Origin: Antechinus flavipes | Taxonomy: Eukaryota | Direction: 5' to 3' | NCBI RefSeq assembly: GCF_016432865.1 | Contig: NC_067400.1 | Location: 612,126,001-612,190,000 of the forward strand | DNA: 64,000 nt | Part shown: positions 1 through 13,500 of the stretch, piece by piece | Layout: each line of letters opens with the position of its first letter | Numbering within the stretch: the stretch's first letter is position 1 | Notes under the pieces: generated by a model | What the model saw: only the letters and a program-made list of their open reading frames with translations | Databases searched by the model: none | Told to the model about the DNA's origin: nothing | Position numbers and translations under genes: made by a program

Positions 1-153
1 TGGAGGGAAGGCCAGAAATCAGGGGGCCTTGCAGTCCGAGGGGCATCCATTGGGACAGAGACACTCGAAGAGGCACATGGAGGAGTCCGAGGCTTTATTC
101 CTCCCGCGTGTGCCCCCAACTCCCCCCCTCGCACATGGCTCTCCCTGGCCTGA

Positions 154-2548
154 TCAGGGCAGGTCGGGGACGCGGCCCCCAAAACGATAAGTGTACTTTC
201 GGCCTCCGCTCTTGTGCACGATGTCCCGGCGGTAATAGTAACGCAGCCCCCGACTCAGTTTCTCGTAATTCATCCCAGGTTTCTTTTTCCGCTCCCCCCA
301 TAGACGGGCCACCTGTGCAAAGGGAGAGGGAGTGAGTCAATGAGCACCTATCGCTGGCACCCGATGCCCGGGGCGGGGAGCAGGGCAGGGGCGGAAAAGG
401 GAGGGAGGGAGCGTCTGGACCCCGTACCTCCTTCGGGTCGCACAGCTGGAACTCGCGGCTATTCCCAGTCCAACGGATGCAGCCTTCTGCCGCTCGGTCC
501 CGGAGGAGTTCCAGCAGGAATTGCCACAGCTGAATGGGACCTGAGACAAGGGTCGGCCAGTGAGAACCCAGGCGTCCAGCCTCCCAGCTTCTCCGTGCCG
601 TCTCATCCCTCCTCAAAGTCGCCTCATCCCTCCCCTCCCTCTCCCCCTTAATAAAGGCAGGTGCTTTATTCATACAATTACAACAACTCTCCCTCCACCC
701 CTCCAAGGATCCTGGGATCCTCTCCCGAGGCTTCCACCTCCCACTTCATCGAGGACCCAGGCGTCCCAGCCCTCTTCCTCAACGACTCCAGCACCAAATG
801 TTTCCCGCTAGCTGGTCCTCCCTCGCTCCCGCCTCTTAACTCCAAGAACTCGCGTTCTCTTTCTCCAGAGCGGATCCTCTTCTCACCCACCCCCAAGCCT
901 CCACTTCTTAGGGAGCTGGCGCTCACTTACCTCGGTGACCGGTCTTGGGGCCTCGGGAGGGAATGGCGCGGTCCGAGCGCGGTGTGGAGGTGGAGGTGGA
1001 CGTGGAGGTGGAGGTGGAAGTGACCGGGCACGCGCTCACGGGGGCCGGACACCCCGAGGGCTGGCTTAGCTCCCAGGAGCCCGGGTATTCCGGGGCGGCG
1101 GCGCTCCCGGCCTCCCAGCACGGGCCGGGCGCGCAGTCCCAGCGGCTCGGAGCGCTGGGGGCGGAAGGCGTGGCCCACGACGTGAAGCTGGCCTGGTTAG
1201 TGCTAAGATTCGCGATTTCCCCGCTTTCTGAGTAGCTGAAGGGGGTAGAACCGTAGGCCTGGGACACTGGGTTGAGCCACGACGAGTCCGTCCAGTCGCC
1301 GGACCACTGAAGGTTCAGGGAGGAGGAGTCTAGGAGGAGAGAGCCGTCGTGGTGAGGGGCTGCCCGAGGCCGAGTCCTCCCCGTCCGACTGCAAGGACCC
1401 AGATGCCCCACTCCCTCCTCCCTCCCTTCGGGGACGGGGCTTTTGAGTCTGCCTGGAAGGAATTCGAATCCCGATCAAGTCCTGAGTTCACCTGACAGAC
1501 AGACTGGGGCTCTCTCCCCAAACTCTGACTCCCCCTTTAAACCCTGACTCTCCTCCCAAACCTGACTCCCCCCCAAAAAACCCTGGCTCCCCGGATCCTT
1601 CCGCTACGGCCCGACAAGCAGATCTCCAGAACTTACCAGTCCCCCAAGGAAATTCGGGTAACAGGAAATCGGAGGCGCAATCGTTTGTCGGGAGCCCTGG
1701 GAGGTGTGAAATTGAAGCGGGATCTGGGGAGAAAGGAGAGAATAATCAGCGCTGGCGGCCCCGGGACCCCGAAGTCTGCTCCGCCCCTGACTTCCGAAAG
1801 CCGGGCCTCCCGCGTAACCTCCCGCTGCGCTCCCTCCATCCCCGCCGGCTCCGAGCTGATCGTCACCGACAGTCCACTTCCAGTCTCCGAGTCTTTGCAG
1901 ACTGTTGGGCCGCACCTTCCCCCGCACACCCCATTCTCCCCTTGGCCCGTTAGGACGTCACATTCTCTGAGATCTTTTTGATCCCACCAACCGCTAATGC
2001 TCCCTCGGAAAATGACCGTCGGGCGATTTGATTTATCTTTTAATGCAAATACAACGAGTTTGTGTTTCTCCCTCTAAAAACGAAAGATCCCAGAGGGCAG
2101 GATCGCAGTGGATAATAAATGCTTCGAGATCCAGCCCGAGGCGGCCAGGCCTCCAGCACCTGCTCCCTTACCGCCCCACAAGTCTCATTATCTCCAGCTC
2201 TTGTCCCCAGTCGGACCCAGGCTCCCGGTCTCTCCTTACCTTTCCATCCAGTGCAGGGGGTCCGAGGGTCGAAATCTCTGGGGTTTGACACCACGGAAGG
2301 CTTTGAATTGTAAAAATCTGGTTCGCCCGAAGCTGGAGGGGGAAGCAAGAAACCGGGGTTCAGGGGACCACGAAGAGAGCGCTCGGGGGCACGAATCTGA
2401 GGTGAGGGTTGGGGTCGCGTTCGCGTCTCTCCCTCCCTCCTCCCGTGCCCCATAGCGTCGTACCCAGGCCTGAGTGCTCCATGCCCGACGCCAGGGGAAC
2501 TTCTTGCAGTGCCAGCTCATCCCAGCAAAGCCAACTTAGTTGGTCCAT
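154..2548 (-). CDS. ETV2: ETS variant transcription factor 2 (311 aa, 6 coding exons)
   Basis: Exons 2464-2548, 2240-2332, 1637-1723, 931-1329, 428-540, 154-312; all GT-AG; total 936 nt, in frame. N-terminus [19 protein letters not shown], internal TGWKG, PEFPWGT and WSGDWTD, and ETS domain [13 protein letters not shown]...[64 protein letters not shown] match ETV2. AATAAA on - at 94-99. Adjacent to RBM42 as in human. Confidence 0.96.
983..1023 (-). repeat. Hexamer repeat encoding a Thr-Ser run in ETV2
   Basis: (GGAGGT)n on +; translates [15 protein letters not shown] in the 931-1329 exon. Confidence 0.85.
1518..1592. repeat. Degenerate ~20-bp tandem repeat, about 4 copies, in an ETV2 intron
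   Basis: Recurring AAACYCTGRCTC(C/T)n units. Confidence 0.65.
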
Positions 2549-2975
2549 GGTCACACTTGGGGTTCACGGCAGCAGCAGGATACTGGGGAGGAGAGGCACG
2601 TGTTATCTCGATGGGGTGCTCGAAGGACCCTTGGAGGTGCAACCCTCCCAGACGCCGACGCTCGGGGTTCAGCGAGGGTCCAGCGCCACCCGCCCTTTCC
2701 CACCTCATCCGAGACACCCCGGGAGGGGGTTCTCACCCTCCCCTGGACACGGGCTGCCGAAGGCCCCTCGGTCGCATCCTCGAGCACCCAGCGAGCCCGG
2801 GAGAGCCTTCGCTTCGTCAGGGTTCGCTCAGGAGTCACCGCTGCCCCCAACCCTAGTCCCCTTCGCGCTGCGCTGCGCGAAGAGCTTCGGCTTCCCCGAC
2901 CCTCCCTCCGGGACGCGGGCTTCGGACCCGGCACCCTGCTCCCTCCGAGAGTCCCCGGCCCAGTGGCGCACTCAC

Positions 2976-3137
2976 CTCTCTAGCGTTCACTGTTCCTCAC
3001 CCCGGGGTCCTCACCCCGTTTCATACACAAGACCCCCCCCTCTCCGGAGTCTGGGGAGGGGGGATATTTTCCTACACGTCAGAGATTCTTGGATTTGGGA
3101 TGGGGTCAGGTTGCAATAATTATAGCAGGGGGCGGGG
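2976..3137 (-). promoter_or_regulatory. Putative ETV2 core promoter and non-coding exon 1
   Basis: On -: GC box 3128-3137, TATAAT 3124-3119, donor GAG|GTGAGT at 2976; the ATG-containing exon has an acceptor at 2582. TSS inferred, not observed. Confidence 0.5.
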
Positions 3138-3726
3138 TCGGGCCGGACACCGATCCCGAGCAGTGGACCCACCATCTCGAAAGCTAGCCCTTTCTTGAGC
3201 CGCCCCGGAACGCCCCTTCTCTTGTAGCTTCCCCCTAAGTAATCAACTCCATTTGGGGATCCAGTTTCGATAGCACCAGGAGCAGTGTGTGGGTGAGGGG
3301 TAGAGGTGCGATCCCCCCAGCACCAGCCCCTCACACTCAGGGTTCGGGCGTCATAGTCAGGTGGCCTTCCCGGAGGAGGGGGGATCAATCGAGCTAGCGA
3401 CCCCCAGCCCCTGGCCACCCCCAGCCCCGCCCTCAGGGGCTTGGGCGCCTGGGACTGCCGCAGCTGCTGGGCGAAGCCCGCAGCCCGGGGGATTTGCGAT
3501 GGGTAGGTCTGGAAGGTTTGGGGGACTGGAGGCAGGGTGTCACGGGGGCTACCGTGGGTTTTGTGACTTGCTTGAGTGGCCTTGAGCTTGGGCAATGGGG
3601 CTTGGCAGAGGGTCGGTTAGACATGGAACCCTAGTAAGGGGTCTTTGGGCAGGGTTAAAGGTCTCAGAGCCGGGAGGGGGCTGCGGGCCGACTAGCTGGC
3701 GGGTGTCGGCGGGGGTGGCTCGAACT

Positions 3727-3800
3727 CTTATCTCCGGAAGTGGAGGATTTCCGGCTGGGGTCCCCCCGGGGCTGACGTCACAATCGGCGAGTGTGACGCT
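3727..3800. promoter_or_regulatory. GATA-ETS-CRE motif cluster upstream of ETV2
   Basis: TTATCT 3728-3733, CCGGAAGT 3734-3741, full CRE TGACGTCA 3773-3780, half CRE TGACG about 3795, in CpG-rich DNA. Confidence 0.55.
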
Positions 3801-4773
3801 CGGGGAGGGGGGTTTGTTGTCTCCCGCGGTCCTCCCCGCTCAGACATCCAAGCCTCGTGTCCCTGTCCCTTTAAGAGGCATGGGGTTGCCGCTCCTGTCT
3901 CCAGGAAGCCCTTTGGCACCCCATTTCCCAACACCCCATCCCAGGTGAGTGAGCCTCACCTTGCGACCCTGGCCCTATTCTCCCGGTCCTGGAGGGGCGG
4001 GCTTAGGCTTAGCTCCCCCTTTCCCCCTGCCCAGTCAGCCAGCCATAGGGATCTGGAAGGCTCCAGTAACTAGACCCCGGCAGTTCTTCTTTGGGCAGCA
4101 CCCCCTCCAAGGATCCCCCTCCGCTTCTCTGCATCCTGAGACTCAGTTCCCCGCATCTGGGGGGGGGCACGGCCCCCACGGTTGCCAGGCTTTTGTGTAC
4201 TGGAAGCTCTCCTGCAGTCCCTATCTGTTTCTCCATCTGACTTCCTGTTTCTGTCCCCCATCACTCAATGTGTGTTTACATTAATCTCCAAGTGGGTCTG
4301 GTTCCCTTCCCCCCACCCAAGTCCCTGGAAAATTGGGGCTGGGGGTTGTCCAAGAGGGGGAAGGGGCTCCCCAGGTCGTTTCCTGTTGGGAGGATGGGCC
4401 CCATCCTGACCCTGAGACCCTCCCTCCCCCTTCACAGAATAACGGAAAATATGACATCAGAGAAAGGAGGGAGGGCCATTTCTTTGGGGCTTTTCCTGGG
4501 GTCGGCCCCTCCCCCTCCCCCTCAGCAGCTGCCATCCTTCCAACTCTTTTCTGCAATGGGAGTAATTTCTGCATTAGGGGTCCTGGCCTTACATTCCTAA
4601 ACTTTGTCCCCCCCCAACTTTAAGAAGCTGGTAGGCCTTGGACCCTGGTGTAGAAGCTGCGTCTAGAGAACAAAATGCTCCAGAGTATCCGATGGAAAGA
4701 ATTCAAATTTATTCAGACTGGGGACAGGGGCAAAGTCATCACAGGGGAAATGGGGGAATCTCGGGGGTCTGGG

Positions 4774-7700
4774 CTATCTAAGGCCCAGCTTCTTCTTCTC
4801 CTTCTGCTTCTTCCGCACGACGTCCAGGTTGCGGTCCTTCCACATGCTCTTGCGCAGCTTGATGGGCCGGGAGCCCACGTACTTCCCTGGGGGAGAGAGA
4901 GCTGGGTCAGTCCCGGCATCGGGCCCAGGGCCGGGGGTAACGGATTTGGGGGACTCGGGATCGGACTCACCATTCATCTCCCTCATGGCCCGCACATAGT
5001 CACTAGGATCCTTGAAACTGACAAAGCCGTAACCCTTGGTCTTTCCTGTGCGCTTATCCCGGATCACTTTGGCCTTGAGGAAGGAGGGGAAGCGGCTGAA
5101 GGCTCTGGCCAAAATGTCATCGTTCACCTCGTTGCCCAGGTCCCCACAGAAGATCCGGAAGTCATCTAGAGGGCAAAGGCAGAGGGAGAAGATGGTCTGG
5201 GCTCCAGCCTCTCCAGGAGCCCCTTCTCACCCCCGGCCTCAGCAGCCCCCACTCTTTACCTGCGTCCCACTCCAGGAGGCTGGGGTCTTCCCAACTGCTC
5301 CCGGCCGCTGTCCGGATGCACCGCTTTAGCTTCTCGGGCTTCCCTTTCTTCTTGTCCTCACCCAAAGGCTCGGGGACCTGGGAGGAGGGAGGGGGCAGGG
5401 GTGAAGACTGGAAGGGTTTCCTGGGGATTGGGGTGTGCTTGGAGCAGACTCTTAAGGTTCTCAAATCTCGGTCCCTCCCCAGCAGAAAGTAGCAACTGAA
5501 TGCCCTGCAACCTTCCAAAGCACCCCGGCCCTCCCTCGGCCCACCCGCACGCTGCTCTCAGCGGAGGGCCTGGCCCACACTGACCTCGAGGGCCATGAGT
5601 CCTGGGGGTGGCTGGGGCTCAGGCCGGGGCCGGGGCCTGGGCCTGAGGGACAGGAGCTCAGGGATTCGCAGAGGTGGAAGCAGGCCCCGGACGACTTCCA
5701 GGGGTAGAGGCAGGGGCTCAGGCTCAGGCAAGGGCATGGCCAAGGGCAGGGGGAGGCTGGGCCCAATGACTGCGGCAGCTCCCGGGCCCCCCACAGCCGC
5801 ACCTGCTTCTTCCAGCCCTGCAGCCGCCGCAGCCGCCACAGCCACAGCAGCGGCTTCTTCCTTCTCTTTCAGCCCCAGGCCCAGGCCCAGGCCCAGTTCC
5901 CGAGGGGCTGGAGGCTCCTCCTGTCGCAAAAACAAGGAGATGGCATCAGACAAGGAGAGGGGAGCAAGGGGTCCCAGAGCCAGGTAGGGGGCCCGCCCGC
6001 CTGCCTCCAAGACTAGCAGGCCCTCCCAGCTCGGAAAGGGGAGCACCTGAGAGGACCCAGAGCTTAAGGGGGAGGGAACAGGGGAAAAAGGGAGAGGAGT
6101 ACAGAGGAAGCACCAGCAGGGAAAACGGGTGCAGAGAAACCAGATATAAACAGCCATGGGGTGCCCAGATCATACTCTCAAGGTCCAGGGTTTAGGGGAG
6201 GTCGCGGCCCCACCCATTTCCTTCTCCCATGCCCTGCACACTCACCGGGGGAGGCCTCAGGGTCGCCATCGTGCCAAGAGGGGGTCCTGGTGCCCGGGCC
6301 ATAGGTGGCAACATCATGGGAGGTCCAGGAGGCCCAGGCAGGGGAGGCCCAACCAGAGCCTGATGGGGAGGCCGCAGAGTCATGGGACGTGGGCCACCTG
6401 CTAAAGAGAAAGAGAAGGTGTGGTGAAGGGGGTCCTTAAGTCTTGGAGGTGCCGGGAACGCCAAAGAGGGGATGGGGCCGGGCCAGGGAGCATTCCCTGG
6501 GCCCTTCTCTCACCCGCTCTCTGCAGCACATGGGGGACGAAGGCTGGGCGCAGGATGGGGGGACGCTGCGGGGGCACTGCTGAGAGACACAGAGATGGAG
6601 ACAGGGCGTGAAGGGCCATGCCTCAAGGCCCCTGAAGGAAGGCCTCAGGGGTTCAGGGGTTGAGGAGTCCTAGGGTCATTTGAGACACTTCTCATGCTGG
6701 GGTCACTGCTGGCACCTCGAATCTCAGGGAATACTGAGAACAATGAGATGTCTGAATGTGGAAGGAGGAAATGGGCGTGATTCTTTGAAGGACTTGATGG
6801 TATCTTTTGGGGTCCCTTGGGGTTAGATCTCTAAACAGGTATGCTGGTCGGGAGAAATGTCTCTGAGGAGGCACTGGGGCATTCTAAGGGCTCAGGAAAA
6901 ATCCTGAGGAGGTGTCTCAGAATTTTGTGATTTCGTGGCGGGATTTCCTGGGCAGGTTAGTTTGCTTATTGGTGGGGGAGAAGACTACGTGTGGGTGTGT
7001 CTGTATGTGCGCGCGCATGTGTGAGTGTGTTTGTGCGTGTGTGTGTCAGGGGCAGAGAATGTTGAATCGTAGGCTTTGGGTCCTGGGCACTGACCCGCCC
7101 GGCGAAGGAACATGGCATCCCGGGCCTCAGGGCTGTCAAGACGGCCTCTATCTCCTCCAGGGCCAAAACCAACTGTGGGAAAGAAAAAACTGCATTGGTG
7201 GGGAGACCTTCTGGACTTTTCTCCCCCTTGATCTTCCCTCGCATCTCTTTCCCAACTCACCAGGACCCACAAAGGGGCTAGGGGGACCTACAATGGGAGC
7301 AATTACTGTGGCTGCTGCCGCTGCCCGGGCCTCCAGGGTCTGCTGGACCTGAAGGGAAAGACCAGGGGAGGTGGTTAGTGAGGGAACGCAGGGTCCCTCT
7401 TTCTTGGAAGCCCTGGGCACCCAGACAAAGCTGGGTTACAATTCATGAACTAGTCAGGGCACACCCTATGCCCTCCCCCCCACCTGCTGGTAGGTGTTGG
7501 TGGCAATGATGGGGCGGATCACAGGCGCGGGCTCCACAGCTGGGACAACTGGGGCTGGAATCCCGGACATGGGAGCCCCCAAGACTTCCTGCTCAAACCT
7601 GTGGGGCAGAAACATGAACCGATTCAGACACAAAGAGGATCCAAGGGGTTGGTGGCAGAAAGATGTCGGAGCCTCCAGGTGCGGAGCCTCAACAGATTCG

Positions 7701-8330
7701 GGGAAAGAGAGAATGGACCCCGGAGAACGCCGGGGTGGGAGTGGAGACAGAAACACGCATGTCCGGTCCTGGGGCCAGATTTAGAGACAGGACTGAAGGG
7801 AGAAGGGAAAGGAGAAATATTTAGGAAAAACGGCAGGGGTGGGGCAGCGACAGGAGCTGGACACGGAAAGAAGAGGGGATGTGTGGAGGGAAACATGAGC
7901 ACGGAAGATCCGGACACAGACGCCCCGAGGAGAGAACTGGACCCAGGGACGGCGATGGTGCCGCGCGGCCGGACAAGACGCTCCGGGCAGCCCTGGGAGG
8001 TGCAGGCGCTCCGGGCAGCTCCGGGAGGAGACGCGGCACACAGGGGAGCACGGACGGGGCATTGACAGGATACTTGGCGGGCCCCGCAGACGGACCCCTC
8101 CCTCCCCTCCCCCCCGAAGTCGCCCCTCCCCGCTCCCGGGCTCCCCGGCACGGAGGCAGGGGGATAGCCGCCCCGGCCCCGGCAAGGGAGGGAGGGGCTC
8201 ACAGCGCCATCTCCGCCTCCATCTCTTTCAGTCGCTCCTCGCCGCTCTTCCCAGGCACGCCGGGCCCGGGGCCCGAGGGCAAAGCTCCCCCCGCGCCCGG
8301 GAGTCCCGGGGGCGGCCCTGTCCCGGCCAT
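4774..8330 (-). CDS. RBM42: RNA-binding motif protein 42 (10 coding exons)
   Basis: Exons 8203-8330, 7484-7598, 7261-7348, 7095-7172, 6514-6579, 6246-6400, 5585-5920, 5260-5377, 4971-5165, 4774-4886; all GT-AG with consistent phases. MAGTGPPPGLPGAGG...GKSGEERLKEMEAEMALFEQEVLGAP; RRM DFRIFCGDLGNEVNDDILARAF...KGYGFVSF; ends KKQKEKKKLGLR*. AATAAA on - at 4708-4713. Confidence 0.98.
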
Positions 8331-8399
8331 CGTCGTCGCTACAGTCGCTTCCGCCGCGGCCACCGTCTGTCCGTACAGCCGCACACTGATGGCGAAAGA

Positions 8400-8495
8400 C
8401 GGCACGTGCTCAACGAGAGCCAATCAGCTTCTCTCTGTGTGGGCCCAGCAAGCGCGCATGCGCTGTTTGCTTCCTCGCCTCTTGAGCCAATGAGA
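8400..8495. promoter_or_regulatory. RBM42 CpG-island promoter
   Basis: E-box CACGTG 8403-8408, CCAAT 8420-8424 and 8487-8491, NRF1-type GCGCATGCGC 8454-8463, just upstream of the ATG. Confidence 0.7.
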
Positions 8496-10592
8496 ATTCA
8501 AGGAAGCAGAGGCCACGCCTCCAACATGCAACTTTGTTTCCATCCGCCCTGCACCCTCGTGGGAAGTTTGTTTTCCTGCCGAAAGAGCGCCCTAGCTGGA
8601 AGACGTGTCTCTGCGCTGCGGGCTGGGATCCGGGGTCAAGCCCAACCCAGCCTGTCACTAAGTGACTTGGGCTCGGGCGCAAAGCTTTTTCACTTGGAAA
8701 GTGGACGGGCTGCAGTTTGGGAGCTCTGGAAGCGAGCAGGGCCTCGAAGGCCTGTTTTCGGGCGGTGCTGCCAGGCTGGGAAGCGCGGAAAGCCTTCCTA
8801 GGCCCCCGGGGCATCCCCGCTGGGGGCAGGCTAAGGAGCCCGCTCTACCAGCGAGGGGGACGGGATGGCTCCATGGCAGGAGCAGCCAGGGCCCGCCTGC
8901 ACGTCTGGGTGCCTGGACTGCACACCCAGAAACCTTCCCTAAGCACTATCGGCTGCTCCGATAACTGAAGAGGGGAAGGGACGGAGAGGGGAGTAGTTCA
9001 GGGTCTAGCTATGGGCGGAGGCCTCTGAGATTAGGGGCCTCCCCAAACCGCGGAGAAGTTGGTTACAGTCCATTGCCATTCCGAGGGAAAGCCGGGACTG
9101 GTTCGGGTAGGGAGCCCCGGGGTCAGCACTAAATGTGGGTAGATTGGTAGCTGAAAGGTTCTGAGTTCTGAGATGGGGAGGGGGGTGGAAGCCTTTATAG
9201 AGCTCTTTGGGAAGGAGTCTGACCGGGCTGTGTTCTTGGTCTGCTGAGGTCCCAGCAAAGGCAAGTGATTTACTTAAGGGTCACATTTAACTCCTGTTAA
9301 CATGAACTGGAGAATTAAAACATGGAGCCCCAAATTCACACTTGGAAGGAGCCTTACAGACCACCTTGTCCTGCCTCTGAAAGGCAAGGAAACAGCCTCA
9401 GAGCTGGGAGTCAGAAAGGGATTCTGGTCCCTGACTTTACAGCCAGAACGATGAATTTCGGTTTCCTGGGGGAATGGAGACCAAGGCTTCCTGAGCAGAG
9501 CACCCTGGTCACAAGATTGGGGGATGGGGCTGGGACATGGCCATTTCCTGCTTCTAGGTTCCACCCCCCCTCCCCCCAGCTCATCTACACCACCCCCAGC
9601 TTGGATCTGTGCTTGTTAGTACCAAGTTTTGAAAGACCGAAAAGGGCTGGGGCTGGTAAAGGCAGCATTTAGGGCATGGCTCTCCCACAGGAGCACTGGG
9701 GCTGGTTCCTTCCCCTGCCTTGTCTCCACTTCCCCCTGCTACTCTCCGAGGGAAGACCCCGGGGGAGAAAGTAATGAGCCCCTCCTAGCCTGGGGAAGCA
9801 TTTCCCTCTTTCTGGGAGACTCTGACCTCGGTAGGATTCCTGAAGTTTTCACGACCCACTTAACATGTCCTACACATTGAAGGAAGTTGTCCTGCTCAGT
9901 CCTTGAACACTGAGAAAGAGCAGCTAGGAAGGCTAAAGTTTTGTGAGAGCAATAGGGTCCCCAGGAACTCCACCAGGAGTAACGACGCCACTGTATGCTC
10001 TAGGGAGGAGGCATCCCACATCCCTGGCCAGTCCCCTGGTAGTCCCCGGGGTGCCCTCTCCCCATGTGTGATGGGTGCTATGAGGGTGCCAGCTCTTGGG
10101 TTGTGCCCCGATTTCCTTCTGGGCTCAGGGATGGACTTTAAGCAAGATTGGGGCTCAGCCTCCAACCATAGAACCTCTACAAGCTTCTTTCGCCCTCCCC
10201 TCTCTATGTGGCCCATCTGCTACAGATCTGTGGCACCCCTTTCCACCTCCTCTTAGAACGGATTTCCCATCTTTAGGAAATTAATCCCCAAATGGGCAAA
10301 GTTTTCCCTGGCAAAACCTCGGTTTGCTGCCTCTAGTTTTAGCTGAGGGGATTGGGGGCTTCAAGAACAGGCTTGGTACGTCAAGGGCCACAGGGACAGG
10401 AGTTGGGGGGCAGTGAAGGACTGGAGAAGCTGAAGGGTCAGAGGTTAAAGGCACAGAGAGAAGCCCTGATCCTGAAATCTTTAAGCACTTTACTGACAGG
10501 AGTTTGTCATTTTAACAGTGAAAGGATCGATCCAAATCTATAAACGTCCAATATCTGTGTGGCTCTGTGCTTCCACCTCCAAACCTCACTGT

Positions 10593-13500
10593 TCAGGCTC
10601 TCCGACCCTGTGCCCGGGCCCAGCGAAGCTTCCACTGCTGTAGTGAGAGGCCGTCCTGGTCCTGGAGCTCTCCAGGGAGTGCATCCTGCCCTGGTTGGTC
10701 CCACCTGGGGGCAAGACGGGGAGAAAGGCGGCAGGGAAGGCTAAGTCCCTAGAGCTCCTGGAGCTCCCCCTCATCTCCACTCTTCTCCCACCAGACTTTC
10801 TCCTCAGCCACCCCTTCTCTGTTCTCCCGACAGACCCTTTCCTCGGCCCCCATCAGCTCCCACCCAAGGTCCCATCTCACCAGTCCCCCACGGCTTTCAG
10901 AAGCTGGGGGATGCGCTCCAGCCCGCGCTCCATCAGCTCCTCGAGGCGGTGCAGGATGGGGCCCAGGTGCTCTTGCTGTTTCTTCTCCTCAGACTCCTGG
11001 ATCTGGAGCAGTTCTGGGGGGGGAGGCCATTCAATGTGACTCAGTGAGCATCCATTAAACACCTCCGCTGTGCAAGACCATCCTTTTGGTGATGCACAAT
11101 CCAATCCCTGTCCTCAAGGATTTTTCAGTCTCAAAGGGGGAAAGGTCTTGGCACAGAAACTAGTAGGATTATAAGGGAATGTGAAAGGGTTAGAAAATAG
11201 AGGACTCATTGTTTTTAGGAAAGTATAAAGAGGCAGATCACTTTCATCTAGGGAAACCACTGCAGGTTTTACAGAGAAGCTGGGATCAAGATAAGGAGGG
11301 ACAGTTTCTCTCCAGGGGCACGGTTGGCCTGAACTAATACCCATGTACAAGAGAGGATGAGAAAGTCTGCTTTGGCCATAATCGTCAGCTTAAACCTTCC
11401 AAGGAGCCAAGATGTCCAATACTTTTTCTGGGCCACAGCATTTCAGATATTTTGAGTTCACCTCCTCTAGGTCTATGGACGTCTGGGCATCCAACGCTGC
11501 CCGTGGGGGGGGGGCACTGTCCAGGTCATTTCCCCCCATGAAACTCCATGTTTTCTAACAGTTTCCTTTCCTTTGCCTTGGACATCCCCCCATTGTTGGG
11601 TCCTTGTGCATCTGCCTTGATCTATCCAGCCCTGCATTTCTGCTGCCAAGAGATAGAGGGAGTGTAGAGATCATAAAGGTGCTTGGGAGTGAGATAGAAG
11701 GGATTTCTGCCCAACATGGCTGTCTAGACAAAGGCCTCCTAGCTCCCAGACACCTACTTCAGCAAACCCCTGAAATTTATACCATATTGAAGAATGCCCA
11801 CGAAATCGACTGAAAACTGTAATTAGTGATTTCTGAACTGAACAAAAGGCCATCCATCCATAGGAAAAGCAAAGCAAGCAAGACTACACAGACTTCTAAC
11901 ACAACCAGGAAAAAGTCACAGTCAAGGGCAAGCCTGTATGGCAGCAAGCATGAAGAGCTCCTTCAAAAAGCCCCAAATAGGAAGGGACCAGGGTGAATGT
12001 GTTTCATAGCAGGGTTCCTAGACCCCTATTCTGACTTTCCAGAAAGATTCAGAACTCGAGACCTTGGAAAGAGAAAGTTAGGGTGGGGACCCAGGTGAAG
12101 GAAGGTAAGACAGGTAGGGCTAAACACCCTAGTGCGAAGTTGGGGCGGTGAGTATCCTAATTCCCAGAGAGCCCCAATTCGAGAGCTTAAGTGATGAGAA
12201 AGAACACCTAACTAGTATCACAGATTATTTCCAATCTAGACATCCAGCCAGAGGAGTAACTGTTAACAGCTGCAGGTGGAGATTCAAATAAAATCAATGG
12301 ATTTGTCTACAAGAACGAGTTGAGTAACCAGAAAGTAAAAAGATTTTAAAAAGCTCTTAAAGAAATAAAAAAAAACCTTATAAGTGGAAAAACTAGAAAA
12401 CTAGAAGAGCTAGAGAAATTCATGATTCCAGGAGATAGAAGTATCAGAACAAAATCAAAAGATTAAACAAAATGCAGATACCAGATATCACACAATAGAC
12501 CTAGGAGAGTCCTCAAAAAAAAATTTCATTTGTACTCTGAAAACCATGATGTATTTAAAACAAATCTATGAGAACCAGAGGGAGAGGTGAAAATATAAAA
12601 AAATCCTCCAATTGTCTCTAGAAAGAAATCCTCAAAAGGAATGTTCCATACTTAAGAAAAGCAACTGTCAGCATCTGAAAAGAAGCCTATCAAGCAGACC
12701 AAGAAACTACAATCAGGAGCACACAAGGTGGGGCAGTTTTTAAAAACAGATCTGGGAATACAATATTTCAAATGTCAGATTTACAATTAATTTACTCAGC
12801 AAAGCTGAATATAATCCTATAGAGGAAAAAATATATCTTTGATGGAACAGAAGACTTTGCAGCATTCTCATGGTAAGGATCAGAACTGAGCAGGAACTCT
12901 TAACATAGAAACACAAGAATACTGAGAAATCTGTGAAAAGAAATGTATTTAAGGACTCCAGAGGGCTGTCTGATATAATGCTAACATTCTTTTGTTCCCC
13001 CAGATCTACTGATGTTTTTACTTTGTGAAAATGTTACAACTGTTTCTGTTGGTGCAGTGGAGAGAGCACCAGTCCTGAAGTCAGGAGGACCTGAGTTCAA
13101 ATCTGGCCTTAGACACTTAACACTTCCTAGCTGTGATCCTGGGCAAATCACTTAATCCCAATTGCCTCAGCAAAAAACAAAAACCAAAAAAGAACCATCG
13201 TCAATCAGGATAAAAAATGAGCTTTGTATAAATCAGAAAAACAAAACAAAACCCAGAACCCTCAAATATTCTATACTTTGGGAAGGAAAACTAGTTTTCT
13301 CACTGTAACATTCTCAGGTTGCAAATTACATTTTTCTTCATAAAAGGTATATACCATTCTGCATGTACTTCTAAAAGCAGTGATGTATGTTATTTTTCAT
13401 TTTTTAATTTATGTAAAAACAAAAAAAGAAAAAATCAAAAAAATCAAAACACTCATGTGCACAGGAGAACATCAGGGAGAATTCAAAATATGTAACAAAT

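Noticed and set aside
1330-2239. Alternative ETV2 exons or donors (1412-1491; donor at 2172)
   Set aside because: They introduce stops or phase conflicts; the 6-exon model fits known ETV2 without them.
2409-8493. Long + strand ORFs (2409-3119, 5595-5987, 7879-8493); likewise 19946-20656
   Set aside because: Antisense shadows of GC-rich exons and CpG islands, with no family motifs.
13047-13190. tRNA gene
   Set aside because: The A/B boxes belong to a tRNA-derived SINE with core and A-tail; no cloverleaf.
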